DNA of 63,013 nucleotides, filler included, from Octopus bimaculoides (taxonomy: Eukaryota): NCBI RefSeq assembly GCF_001194135.2. It is 5 parts of 3 records of this genome, joined end to end, with 100 filler letters (N's around TTAATTAATTAA, not from the genome) between each part and the next. Parts side by side here need not be neighbours in the genome. Positions count along the whole stretch, not along the records: positions 46,776 to 61,695 come from NC_068990.1; positions 61,796 to 63,013 come from NC_068981.1; 3 more parts are not named here. One strand, written 5' to 3'. Below the pieces are notes generated by a model. It saw only the letters and a program-made list of their open reading frames with translations. It searched no databases and was not told the origin of the DNA. Shown one piece after another: positions 50,530 to 62,976 of this stretch. The first letter of the stretch is position 1, and each line of letters opens with the position of its first letter. Both the position numbers and the translations under genes were made by a program.

Positions 50530-53507
50530 TGGACAAATGTGCCAGCGATGAGAGAACCAAGGAACAAATATCCATATCCATTTTAAATGAAGTCATTGAT
50601 ATTTTGACCTCTGGTAAACAGAGCTTTTATACGGGGTTTAAAAACGTAGACAGAAAGAAACTTAATGAATGGGTCAGGAAGATAAATGATATCACTGGTG
50701 ATACCAGGACTGACAACATCACAGACACCAAAAATCTGATAAAGGCAATCTCGATCTTTATAGCCCGGAAGTTAGGTTTGAAAGCCAAAGGTAAATGTCA
50801 ACATAACCTGAAGGAACCATGGTGAAAAAGGATAATAACGCAGTCTATTAACCAAACCAGAAAGCATATTAATATTCTGGAACAGGAAAAGAAAATGAAG
50901 TTCAGCGAGAGAAATATGTTGAGCTAGAGAGGAAGTATAGAGTGAAGAGAAAGAGAATCAATGTTGTGATTGAGGAATTAAAATAGAGGCTGAAAGCTAA
51001 AGCACATAAACTAAAGAGATATGAACAAAGAATTGAGCAGTACAGATTAAACAGACTTTTCAGACAAAATCAGAAATAGTCTATCAGGAACTGGATGGGA
51101 AAGAAGAAGGTGAAAAAGCTCTGTCGGATGCTGAATAAAGTAAAAGTTCCTGGTCAAACATATGGTCTCAGGAGAAACAACACGAAACTGAAGCAGAGTG
51201 ATTAAAGATACTCAAATAGGAGAGTGGAGAGTATCAGCTGGAGTATTTGAGAATAACCAAGGAGATGATTAGAGATCAGAGCAGAAAAATTTCTAACTGG
51301 AAAGCATCTGGCCCAGATGGGGCTCAGGGCTTTTGGCTTAAAAACTTGCCAGCTCTGCACGGAAGAATTGCACCGGAGAATCTGCACAGAAGAAATACTG
51401 AACAGTGACATTCAAGTACCGGCCTGGATGACAAAAAGGAGAATGATACTATACGAGAAGGACCTAAGTAAAGGAAATGCGGTTGGAAATTCCTGACCAA
51501 TATCTTGTTTGCCACTGATGTGGAAACTGATTACAAACATCAAACAGCATCTATAAGTACCTAGATGAGAACGATCTATACCACTGGAACAAAAAGAGTG
51601 TAGACGTAAAAGCAGAGGAACGAAGAATCAATTACTAATCGATAAGACTATCTTGGCTGATTGCAAGAAGACACACAAAAATTTGGTGATGGCATGGGTG
51701 GACTACAGGAAAACATATGACATGCTCCCATACTCGTGGATTATTGAATGCCTTAAATTGCTTAAAGTCTCACAATATCCTGAAGCTAATACAAAACAGA
51801 ATGACAACGTGGCGAAATGAACTTACAGCATGGGGAGATAAGCTGGGAGAGGTAAATATCAAAAGAGGAATCTTTCAAGGGGACAGTCTATTTGTTATCT
51901 GCATACTGCCACTAACGAGCGTTTTAAGAAAGATGTGCGTGGGGTACATTCTAGGCAGGGTGAAAGTAAACAACCTGTGATTTATGGATGACCTAAAGCT
52001 ATCCGCTAAGACTGAGAAAGAAATTGAGAGTTTGACGGCAACTGTGCAGATGATTAGCAAAGATATTGGGATCGATAAATGTGGTGTAATGATTCTCAAA
52101 AGGGGGAAAATCAGTAGAAGCCATGAGATCAAGCTGGAAAGTGATAAAACTATAAAGGAAGTCGGAGAGGAAGGATATAAGTACCTGGGTATCATTGAAA
52201 GAGATAAGATGAATGAACACAAGATGAAAGAAATGTACAGGAAGGAGTATTTGAGGAGAACTCGACTTATGCTCCAATCAAAGCTAAATAGCCGCTATAA
52301 GATTAAAGCAATTAACACGTGAGATGTTGCTTTCATGAGATACGAGGCAAGAATAATATCTTGAAAGGAGCATGAATTACAAGAGATAGACACGTAAAAT
52401 AATAACAATGAACAAGGAACTACACTCCAAGAGTGATGTGTCAAGATTGTATGTAAAGAGAAGGGAAGGAAGACGGGGATTAGTGTGTTGTGAAGGTTGT
52501 GTAAGGGAAGAGGAGAATAGCCTAGCTTGGTATGTCAAAGGGAGTAAAGAAGAAATGATTGAAGCAGTGAAAATGCAGGGAACCTTAAAAGTGAACGAAG
52601 CCGTAGATTCAATACAATTTTAGAAAGACCAGAGAGAACAGATGAAGAAAATTTGGGAGGACAAGAAAATGCGCAGTCAGTTCTTGAAGAATAAAGATGA
52701 AATTGATTGGAATAGAACCTGGCAATGGCTGCAGAAAGGAGACTTAAAAGGACCCACTGAGGCATTAGTGTGCGGCGCTCAAGAACCAGCTCTCAGAACA
52801 AGCTACTCCAAATATCACATTGATAAAAGCACTGACTCGCCACAGTGTAGGATGTGCTCTGAGAAAGGAGAAAGTATAAACCATATTGTTAGTGAGTGAT
52901 GTAAGCTCGTACAACACGAATACAAAAGGAGACACGACAATGTGACCAGATATGTCCACTGGCTGTTGTGCGGTAAAGCAAACCTCGAGAGAACCGAACA
53001 ATGGTATGAACACAAGCCAGAGGGAGTAATGGAAAATGAACATTACAAAATACTCTGGGATTTTAACATGTCATAGAGGCGAGACGACCAGATATCGTGC
53101 TCATCCATAAAGATGAAAAAGAAGTAAAGGTAATAGATGTTGCAATACAAAGCGACTCGAGGGAGGATGAAATGTAACGAAACAGAAAAGATTGAGAAAT
53201 ACCAGTCAATGCGGGACGAGATAGGAAAGTTATGGGCATGAGGAAAATAATGGTGATACCATTACATTCCTCATTGGAGCATTCGCAGCAATTTCCAAGG
53301 GCTTTGAAAAACATATTATGAATATTGGAGTTGCTCTCAGGCTCGAAGTGATCCAGAAGACAGCATTGTTGGGTACAGCTCGCATTCTAAAGAGTGTATT
53401 GTCTCTTTGAGTTACAGGAGAAGGCACTACTTGAAACCTTTCGTGATTTCTGTTGCCTACTTTCAAGTACAAAATAACCGGTAGTTAAGAGCTATCTGGA
53501 AGTCTTT
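50530..53507 (+). mobile_element. Longest R4/Dong-type LINE remnant, subfamily C (pre-RT region, RT, CCHC, RLE, 3'UTR)
   Basis: [60 protein letters not shown]...ESINHIVS, RHDNV...VHW, RPD, KIEKY...GTARIL; followed by (TAA)n at 53508-53675. Disrupted. Confidence 0.92.
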
Positions 53508-53511
53508 AATG

Positions 53512-53568
<57 letters not shown>

Positions 53569-53627
53569 GTAATAATAATAATGATGAGGAGGAGGAGGAG
53601 GAAGAGGAGGAGGATAATAAAATAATA

Positions 53628-53664
<37 letters not shown>

Positions 53665-53754
53665 TGATGATGATATCAAAAGCCTTCGATAATTAATTCA
53701 AGCTATACTTAAGCCCTCTTTTCTACGGCTGTGTTCAGTTATGGCTTTATTTGT

Positions 53755-55718
53755 CAATAGTAAAGATCAGCTATTGATCAATAATGTCATAACTAAAGAC
53801 ACCCATAAGACAAAAAGGTTCTAAGAAATGTTTGGATCGATTACTGCAATGGTTTTGATAGTATTCCCCACACATGGATCCTAGAAACATTAGCCATGAA
53901 TAAGGTATCACCCATAATCATAAAATATATTTTTAAAAATTCCATAAGTAAGTAGCAAACAGTGCTACAGCTCCAGACAAAAGAGGGACTCATCAAAACC
54001 AAAGCCATCCCTATTAGGGAGACACGTTTTCTGCACCCCTTTCCTGCTTGGCACTGACACCTTTATTTGACATACTAAACAGAACTGGATGTGGATACAA
54101 CTGCTACGGCAATGCAATCGACCATCTCTTGTATATGGATGATTTAAAATTGTATGCTGCAAAAGATAAACAGCTGGAAACATTACTACAGATTGTACAT
54201 GGACTTACCAAAGAAACAAATATGAAATTAGACTAAGAAAAATGTGCCAAAGCAACCTCGAAAAGAGGACAACTAGAGTAACAATATCACACTAGATAAA
54301 ATAAATGAAATGAGAGAATTAGACCAAAGCCAAACATACAAATACTTAAGAATCAATGACCTAGATACGACAAAAACACAAATGAAACAGAAAGTAAGAA
54401 AGGAATACTATACATGAGTTAGATTAATACTGAAAACAGCGCTCAATGCGAAAAACAAGATAATAGGTATCACCATTCCAACCGTCCCAATTATAAGTTG
54501 CAGTAAGCTAATCAAAATAGACAGGAAAACAAGAAAAATATTGACAGGATTTAGGATGCACTACCCAAAATCAGACTTAGAGAGATTATATATATAACGT
54601 ATCGAAGGTGGTAGAGGCCTTATACAGCTAGAAAACTATTACAAAATAACCACCGTAGGATTACAGAAATACCAACTTCAGAAGCAAGGAAAACTTGTAC
54701 AAATGGCCACAAAACACGAGCAAAACAAAAAAAACTGTTTTCTGTCTTAAAGGAAGCTCACAAATACAGAAAAGAAAGCATAGTACCTAACAACTATGAA
54801 GAAAAAGAATAAACAACGAAAGCTGTAAACCAAATGAAATCCAAACCAAAACTGAAACAGCAACAGATCATGATAAAACGATGGCAAGAAAAGCCCCTTC
54901 ATGGAAAATACTGGGTTAAACTGACAGAAAAGAAATAGACAATGCAAAATCCCAACAATGGCTGAGAAACCCAGGACTCAAAGCAGAGACTGAAGGATTT
55001 TTAATTGCAGCACAAGATCAAAAATTCACAATGAAAAGAAATAAAGTAACTTCAGAATATGTGTTGATGGAGAAGAAACAATAAACCATATTGTCTCTGG
55101 CTGCCCAGTCCCGGCTAAGAAGGAATATATTCACAGACACGACAGAGCTGGAACCTACATACACTGGAAGCTATGCCAATACTATGGAATAACAACAGAA
55201 AAAAGATGGTATAGGCACACACTAGAAAATGTTACAGAAAATGAGACAGCAACCATACTCTAGAATGTGCCAATACACACAGATAAAGAAATCAAGGAAA
55301 ATAGGCCGGATAAAGTTATCAGAGATCATCAAGATAAAAAATGCTTTCTAATCGATGTATCAATGCCGATAGATGTCAACGTTTCTCTAAAAGAAGAGGG
55401 TAACTTTCAAAATACAGAGATCCGGAAGTAAACTTGAATGTGGAGTCTAAAAACAGAAAAAATTCCTATTATAGTACGCGCATGAGAGAACATAAATACA
55501 TATCAAAAACACCAGGATATACAAGTACATATAACATACAGAAAATAGCACTACTAGTCACCGCACACCTCCTAGTAAAGCACTTTCAATACAGTGAAAA
55601 TAAGAGCACCACAACAAACCACAGCACATACCTAAGGCACACAGAGATGTGTTCGGTAGTGCAGGGAAAGCACGTGATAAAAATAAGACCCCTGAATAAT
55701 AATAATAATAATAATAAC

Positions 55719-55762
<44 letters not shown>

Positions 55763-55765
55763 TAA
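53755..55765 (+). mobile_element. R4/Dong-type LINE remnant, subfamily A, with (TAA)n tail
   Basis: SKDQLLIN, WIDY...FDSIPHTW, HLLYMDDLKLY, EGFLIAAQDQ, IHWKLC; subfamily A 3'UTR; tail 55696-55765. Confidence 0.92.
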
Positions 55766-57866
55766 TCTGACATGCTAAACAGAACTGAGTACGGATACAA
55801 CTGTTACGGTAAAATAATCAGCCACCTCTTATATATGGATGACCTAAAACTGTACGCTACAAATGATAAACAGCTAGAAACTACAGACAGTACATTGATT
55901 TACCAAAGAAACAAACATGAAATTTGGCTTAGAAAAATGTGCTGAAGCAACCTCGGAAAGAGGAAAACTAGTTAAGAGTAGTAACATCACACTATAGATA
56001 AAGCAAATTAATAAGAGAACTAGACCAGAGCAAGACATACAAATACTTCGGAATCAATGAACTAAATACGATACAACACACATAAATGAAAGAGAAAATT
56101 AAAAAAATTCTATAGACGAGTTAGATTAGTAATGAAAACAGAGCTCAATACGAAAAACAAGATAATAGATGTCACCACTCTAGCCGTCCCAGTTATAAGT
56201 TACACCTACAATATCCTTAACTGGAAACTAAATGAACTAGTCAAATAGACAGGAAAACAAGAAAAATAATGACAGGATTTAGGATGCACTACCCAAAACC
56301 TGACATAGAAAGGTTATATATACAATGTACAAAAGGTAGTCGAGACTTATAAAGCTAGAAAACTATTACAAAAATACCTACTTCAGAAGCAAGGAAAACT
56401 AATACAAATAGCCACAAAACACGAGCAAAACAAAACCCTGTTTTCAGTCTCTAAGGCAGCTGACAAATACAAACAAGAAGTAATACTACCTAACAACTAT
56501 GAAGAAAAAGAAGAAACAACAAAAGCTGTAAAACAAATGAAATCTAAACTAAAACTGGAAAAACCCCTTCATGGAAAATACTGGGTTAAACTGACAGAAA
56601 AGAAATAGACAATGCAAAATCCCAACAATGGCTGAGAAGCCCAGGACTCAAAGCAGAGACTGAAGGATTTTTAATTGCAGCACAAGATCAAACCATTCCT
56701 ACCAGAAATCACCAAAAATCCACAATGAAAAGAAATAAAGTAACTTCAGAATATGTGTTGATGGAGAAGAAACAATAAACCATATTGTCTCTGGCTACCC
56801 AGTCCCGGCTAAGAAGGAATATATTCACAGACACGACAGAGCTGGAACCTACATACACTGGAAGCTATGCCAATACTATGGAATAACAACAGAAAAACGA
56901 TGGTATAGGCACACACTAGAAAATGTTACAGAAAATGAGACAGCAACCATATTCTAGAATGTGCCAATACACACAGATAAAGAAATCAAGGAAAATAGGC
57001 CGGATAAAGTTGTCAGAGATCATCAAGATAAAAAAAAATGCTTTCTAATCGATGTATCAATGCCGACAGATGTCAACGTTTCTCTAAAAGAAGAGGGTAA
57101 CTTTTAAAATACAGAGATCCGGAAATAAACTTGAATGTGGAGTCTAAAACAGAAAAAGCCTTCCACCAAAAACATATAATGAAAAGAAACATAACAAGTA
57201 ACTGCAGAATATGTGGAGATGGGCAACAAACAATAAATATAATTGTCTCTGGCTGCCCAGCCCTGGCTAAGAAGGTATATACTCACAGACACAACAGAGC
57301 AGAATGGGATCTACATACACTGGAAGCTATGCCAGCATTATGGAATAACAACAGAAAAAATGGTATAGGCACATGCCAGAAAATGTTACAGAAAATGAAA
57401 ATGCAACAATCCTATGGGATATGCCAATACACACAAATAGAGAAATTAAGGCCAGATATAGTTGTCAGAGATCATCAAGAAAAAAACGCTTTCTAATTGA
57501 TCTATCAATACCAACAGATGACAACGTTTCGCTAAAAGAAATGGAGAAACTTTCAAAATACAAAGACCAGGAAATAGAGGTAACTCGAACGTGGAATCAA
57601 AAAACAGAAACAATTCCTAACATAATAGGTGCATTAGGCATGATAAAAAAATTATTCAGACAAATACATAATAAAAACACCAGGACTTACAAATATATAT
57701 AGCATACAGAAAATAGCACTACTAGGCACCGCACACATCCTACGTAAAACACTTCCAATACACTAACTATAAGAGCATTACAACAAACCAAAGTGCATGC
57801 CCAAGGTACACAGAGCTGCGCTCGGTAGTGCAGTGAAAGCACGTGATAAAAATAAGACTAATGAAC

Positions 57867-57899
<33 letters not shown>

Positions 57900-57900
57900 T
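55766..57900 (+). mobile_element. Mosaic R4/Dong-type LINE remnant, subfamily A, with internally repeated CCHC-RLE region and (TAA)n tail
   Basis: Starts at a (TAA)n junction. SHLLYMDDLKLY; the CCHC/RLE region occurs twice (56564-57157 and 57160-57760); 3'UTR then (TAA)n at 57866-57900. Confidence 0.9.
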
Positions 57901-58448
57901 AATTCGTTTTATTGGCCACAAGGGCTAATATCAATTAAAAACATATAAGGACAAAGACAGGACGAAGGTTACAAAAGGCTTTGTCCGAAAAGGTAGGAAA
58001 GTTCGTCTAAACAGAGGAAGAAAACGGAGAAAGATATAAATAGATAAATAAATAGATAAATAAATAAGTAGAACTCCCAAAGGGGGAGGCGCTTCGAAAA
58101 AGGAAAGGNNNNNNNNNNNNNNNNNNACACGTGGAAAACCGATAAAACCACGGGAGCCTGGTCAGAAAAAATAAGAAAGGGGTATAGAGCCCTTTCTCCT
58201 TTTACATTACCTTTTTTTTTTCTACAGGTGTATTCTCAGAATTGGTCCGTTTATACTGGCCATTCTTCCAACAGTCATCCATCTTTCAATGAATTTGCTT
58301 TGAGACAGCACTTCCCTCTCTACTCTCATCTTCCTTTTCAAGTGGAACTTGAAAAAGTTGATGAGGCCTTGGCCAAAGAGGAAAGTGTCTGTCTTTAGCC
58401 CTTTCAAACGGGTCCACCATATCACCTCTTTCGCTACAGCCACTAGGC
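57901..58448 (-). mobile_element. Tx1/L1-like LINE 3' end flanked on both sides by (TAA)n
   Basis: AVAKEVIWWTRLKG...FFKFHLKRK.RVER...* C-terminus, T-rich 3'UTR, aataaa signal, then (TTA)n on its sense strand. Confidence 0.7.
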
Positions 58449-58498
<50 letters not shown>

Positions 58499-58499
<1 letters not shown>

Positions 58500-58718
58500 T
58501 GCAGTACCAGACAATGGCTTCTGATCTTTACTGACTAGAAGTGTTATCATCTACATGTTTTGACTTGATATAAAAGATGGACTACAGCAAATATTCTGCT
58601 CAGTACCACAGATTTACCCTAACCAGTTGAGCATGTCCTTTAGTGGCTAATAATATGTGTTTTTTTTTATCACGAGAAGAAGGAGTGGGGAAGCATCATG
58701 GCCATGTGTTGAGAGGAA
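58499..58718 (-). mobile_element. Unclassified repeat, probably a LINE 3' end with (TTA)n tail
   Basis: Homologous to 61490-61695; both abut a (TAA)n tract at the same point. Confidence 0.6.
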
Positions 58719-59862
58719 TACTTTGTCCGACACTATTATGGTGATGTCGTCCGCATAAGCCGACACGAACCTCCCGCATCCTAGATCACGCGGGACGCCC
58801 CACGAAATACCCAACTTCCTCAGTAATGGCTCGAGAACCAGCACGTACAGAAGGGAAAAGAGTGAGCATCTTTAACGACCGAGCGAGTGATGCTAAACGA
58901 TTCTGATAGATGACCGTTTACATTGATCACCGAACAGATGCCGCTATATCTTGCAGTGATCCAGCCTCTGACAACGAGACCAAAGCCGGCCGCTGCGAGG
59001 ACAGCCTCTATGTATTGATGGCCAACCATGTCAAAAGCCTTTGATTGATCCAAATTGATCAGAACCCCACCTATGTCAGGTTCTTTCCCTACTCTCTCTA
59101 TGATGTAGCGCGTGAGGTGGAGGTTGTCGTGGATAGATTTGTTCGAAATAGCGTATGTCTGCGCGTTACCGATCAGCTTTCCGACGACTAGCGCCAACCT
59201 CTTGGCTAACACCTTAGCCGAAATCTTATAATCTGCGTTTAGCAGTGTTATAGGCCTAAAATTATCTAATTGGTCTCCCTTGTTCAGGTCCTTTCTCAGC
59301 AGCACCACCACGCCATGGCTCAGAGCACTGGGTATTCTCCCGTTCTGCTGCCAGTTGTGGTAGACATCTGTGAAGAGGTCATTGAACAATCTAGCATAGG
59401 AAGATAAAGCTCGAAAGTAGACCATCCAACCCAGGAGACTTCTCTCTTGTGCAGGCTTTCATGGCGTCCCGTATGTCTTCGGCTGTTATCGGAATTTCGC
59501 AGAAGTTCACATCCCTGGCCGAAAGGCGCGACATGCCACTGAGGCAGGAGGTGAAATCCACCTTCATCCCCGACACACCAAACGCCCCGAACAGTTCGGT
59601 GAAGTGCTGTTGACATTCCGTACACATCTGCTTGCACTCATGCAGCCTATACCCGTCCCGGCCTGACGTAGACCGAATTGTGGCTTTGTTTCCACGTGGA
59701 ACCTCTGCTACCCGGGCCCATTGAACGGCTTTCATCTCCTCACGTCTTAGAGTACGCGCCCTAGCTCAACTCTGACAATGCAACCTCCGTGCTTAACATT
59801 GAAGAATTGATCAAGAGCCAATCTCACTACCATCACGTCAATCGCAATGCCGCTCCTATGCG
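58719..59862 (-). mobile_element. Tx1/L1-clade LINE ORF2 fragment with RT core
   Basis: EKSPGLDG, NFRPITLLNADYKISAKVLAKRL, NLDQSKAFD, VNGHLS, LEPLLRK...SAYADDITI; frameshifted. Confidence 0.92.
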
Positions 59863-59879
59863 AATAATGATAATAATAA

Positions 59880-60058
59880 TCATTTCTTCTATAGACACAC
59901 GGCCTGAAATTTGGGGGGAGGAGGCCAGTCGATTAGATCTACCCCAGTACGTAACTGGTACTTAATTTATCGACCCGAAAGGATGAAAGGCAAAGTCGAC
60001 CTCGGCGGAATTTGAACACAGAACGTAGCGACGTGCGAAATACCGCTAAGCATTTCGT
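59880..60058 (-). mobile_element. CORE-domain SINE
   Basis: aactggtacttaatttatcgacccgaaaggatgaaaggcaaagtcgacctcggcggaatttgaac. Confidence 0.85.
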
Positions 60059-60109
60059 ATCGAACTCGAGAGCTTAATGAGATACCTAGCCCAAAGTAAG
60101 GAAACCTTG

Positions 60110-60960
60110 CTAGTGAAAGTTAGGAACGAGAAGTTCAAAATGGACATGAAGAAAAGGGACTACACAATCAATTCCATGTTGCCACAACATAATTTGCTGG
60201 CAAAAATAGGTGGGATTGGCTGATGAAAAGAAGCCTAAAAAAAAAAGAAACTGAGCGCACTATTCTGGCAGCGCAGGACCAAGTTCTGGCCACGAACTGG
60301 AGGAATGAGGAAGTGTCTCTGCTGTGCCGCATCTTCAATAAAGTGCCCATATCACGAACGAATGCCCTAGACTTGCCCAAAACCACAAGTTGTGGCGACA
60401 CGATCAAGTAGCGAAAGTGCTACATTGGAATCGGTGCGAAAAGTGGGGGCTGGAGAGAGGCAAGACATGGTATGAGCACAGATTGCAGAGTGTGGCGGAG
60501 ACAGAGACTAGCAAAATCTCCTGAGATTTCCCAATCCAAACAGATCAGGTGCTAGAGCATAACAGACTGGACCTAGTGGTAGTGGACAAGGTGCACCACA
60601 TACGCTATATAGTTGATGTTGTATGCCCCTTTGACCCACAAATAGTCAAGAAGGGAGGCGAAAAGATAGACACATACAACCCTCTAGAATACAAAATAGG
60701 CCGGCTATGGAAAATGAAGAAGGTGAAGATAGTTCTAATTATTGTGGATCCTTGGGAACACTATCAGAAGGCATCAAGTGGAATATAAAGGAAACTGGAA
60801 TAGGGTGCCCGGTAGAACGGTTACAAAAGGTTTGCCCCCTTGGCACAGGCAGAATAATCACGAAAGTATTAGATACCTGCAAAAAACGGATAGCATGGTA
60901 ATGTAGGCTGCAGGTAGCAAGCCCGCTACGCATGCATCAAATAGGACAGGTTGATTTGCT
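60110..60960 (+). mobile_element. R4/Dong-type LINE 3' part, another subfamily
   Basis: ETERTILAAQDQVLA, LCRI, RHDQVAKVLHW, DFPIQTDQVLEHNRLDLVVVDK, IVDVVCPFD...EKIDTYNPL; no (TAA)n directly at its end. Confidence 0.85.
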
Positions 60961-61403
60961 TCTTCTCAAGGCAGCGCTCTCAGTGGTCAGTGGCCACTGG
61001 TAGTAGTAAACACATTTGATCTCTGCTGAGCCAAAGGGCTCGAAAATTCCTTTGTTTCTATGACCGACCTCCCCACCATCTGCCGAATCTATTTATAGAC
61101 CTGTAGAATATGATCTATTTGCCAAACTGCAACCCAACTAGTTCCTCAAACAATGGTAGTGGTGGTGATGGTGATAATGATAAAAATAAAAACAATAATA
61201 ATATTCTCCAGCTGCTAACACTAAATACTACTAATACTACAATAATAATAATACAACTACTACTATTATGATAGCACAGGAACCTGAGGCCCAACTACCA
61301 CCCTTACCACTATCCATACTCCTTCTACTGTTGCTGCTGCTGTTGTTGCAACCACTACTGCTACAATACATAAAAAATAATAATATCAGTGATATCAGTG
61401 ATG

Positions 61404-61458
<55 letters not shown>

Positions 61459-61489
61459 TAATAATAATCATAATAATAATAATAATAAT

Positions 61490-61695
61490 AAATGCTCGGA
61501 TGCAGTACCAGGCAGTGGTTCTCATGACTTCTGATCTTAACTGATTGGAAGTGTTACCATGTACATTGTTTTGTCTTGGTATAAAAAGATAGGCTTCAGC
61601 AAATATTCTGCTTAATACCACAGATTTGCTTGTCAGTTGTTTGACCTTAACCAGTTGAGCATGTCCCTTGGTGGCTAACGATATGTGCATCTCTG
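61490..61695 (-). mobile_element. Second copy of the unclassified repeat at 58499
   Basis: atgcagtaccag...cagcaaatattctgct...aaccagttgagcatgtcc shared; cut by a scaffold join. Confidence 0.6.
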
Positions 61696-61795
61696 NNNNN
61701 NNNNNNNNNNNNNNNNNNNNNNNNNNNNNNNNNNNNNNNTTAATTAATTAANNNNNNNNNNNNNNNNNNNNNNNNNNNNNNNNNNNNNNNNNNNN

Positions 61796-62120
61796 TTTTG
61801 TCGAGCAAATCGACCCCAGTACTTATTCTATCGGTCTCTTTTGCCGAACCGCTAAGTTACGGGGACGTAAACACACCAGCATCGGTTGTCAAACGATGTT
61901 GGGGGGACAAACACAGACACGCAAACATATACACACACATACATATATATATATATACGTATATACGACGGGCTTCTTTCAGTTTCCGTCTACCAAATCC
62001 ACTCACAAGGCTTTGGTCGGCCCGAGGCCATAGTAGAAGACACTTGACCAAGGTGCCACGCAGTGGGACTGAACCCGGAACCATGTGGTTGGTAAGCAAG
62101 CTACTTACCACACAGCCCCC
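61796..62120 (-). mobile_element. Dominant SINE, near full length
   Basis: Reverse-complement copy closely matching 23870-24265. Confidence 0.9.
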
Positions 62121-62135
62121 TCCTATATATATATA

Positions 62136-62972
62136 CAGGGTGTTCGGTGTAAATTTGATGATATATTATTCTCCTTTTATTCAGGAGCAGCTTAATGCAT
62201 TTATTGGTGAACAATTAACGGCGTTGAAGAGCATAAAGTTTGAGGTTGTAGCTGAGAAATAGTTAGCCGACATAGAGGACTAAAAACATTTGAATATTGT
62301 AAAAGAGTTTACTGTGTCATAATTCGCACAGGGTATCAAAACGCCGACATTATGATTGCTGCTCTATGCTCTACGGGCACTGTAAAGGCTGTAAGGAGTG
62401 ACATGGACAGCTACAACAGAGACTACGAAGAGATGGCAGTAACTCGCCTCTTAGGGTTAAAAAATCGCGGTAACGTCTGTTCGAACGGAGCAGCCATGTT
62501 GAAGTGACGATAAACATTACTTGCCCGTACAGTTACTACGTTCATTTCTTATAGAGATTTTATAACTGGTTTCTTTGTTTGTTGCAAGATCAGCGACTGA
62601 ATGTCGCTTGAATTTATATACATTGCGAACAGAGGCGAGCTACTGCCATCTCTAGCAGTCGAGGTGTCCAGCACTGAAAAAGGGCAGAAATATCCCGAAA
62701 CAAGTCTGGTCAGTTGATCCCGTTGCTAGATGGTGGTAGGGATTCGCTCTCCTCTTCGCAATATATCGGATGTAGGTTGCATCGTTTAACACTTGGGGTT
62801 AAAAAATCGCAATTACGTCCGTTCGAACGGAACAGCCATGTTGAAGTGACGACAAACATTGCTTGCCAGTACAGTTGCTGCGTTCGTCTCCTATAGAGAT
62901 ATTATGACTAGCTTCTTCGCATATTGTGTCTTATTTTCCTTTTATGCAAACTGTCAAGTTTATCCCGAACAC

Positions 62973-62976
<4 letters not shown>
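62136..62976 (+). mobile_element. Tc1/mariner-type non-autonomous element with internal duplication
   Basis: TA-flanked TIRs cagggtgttcggtgtaaatttga versus the reverse complement atgggtgttcgggataaacttga. HTH-like remnant IIRTGYQNADIMIAALCSTGTVKAVRSDM. Confidence 0.75.

Noticed and set aside
50530-53507. Active autonomous retrotransposon
   Set aside because: Numerous stops, frameshifts and deletions; no copy in the window has an intact ORF.
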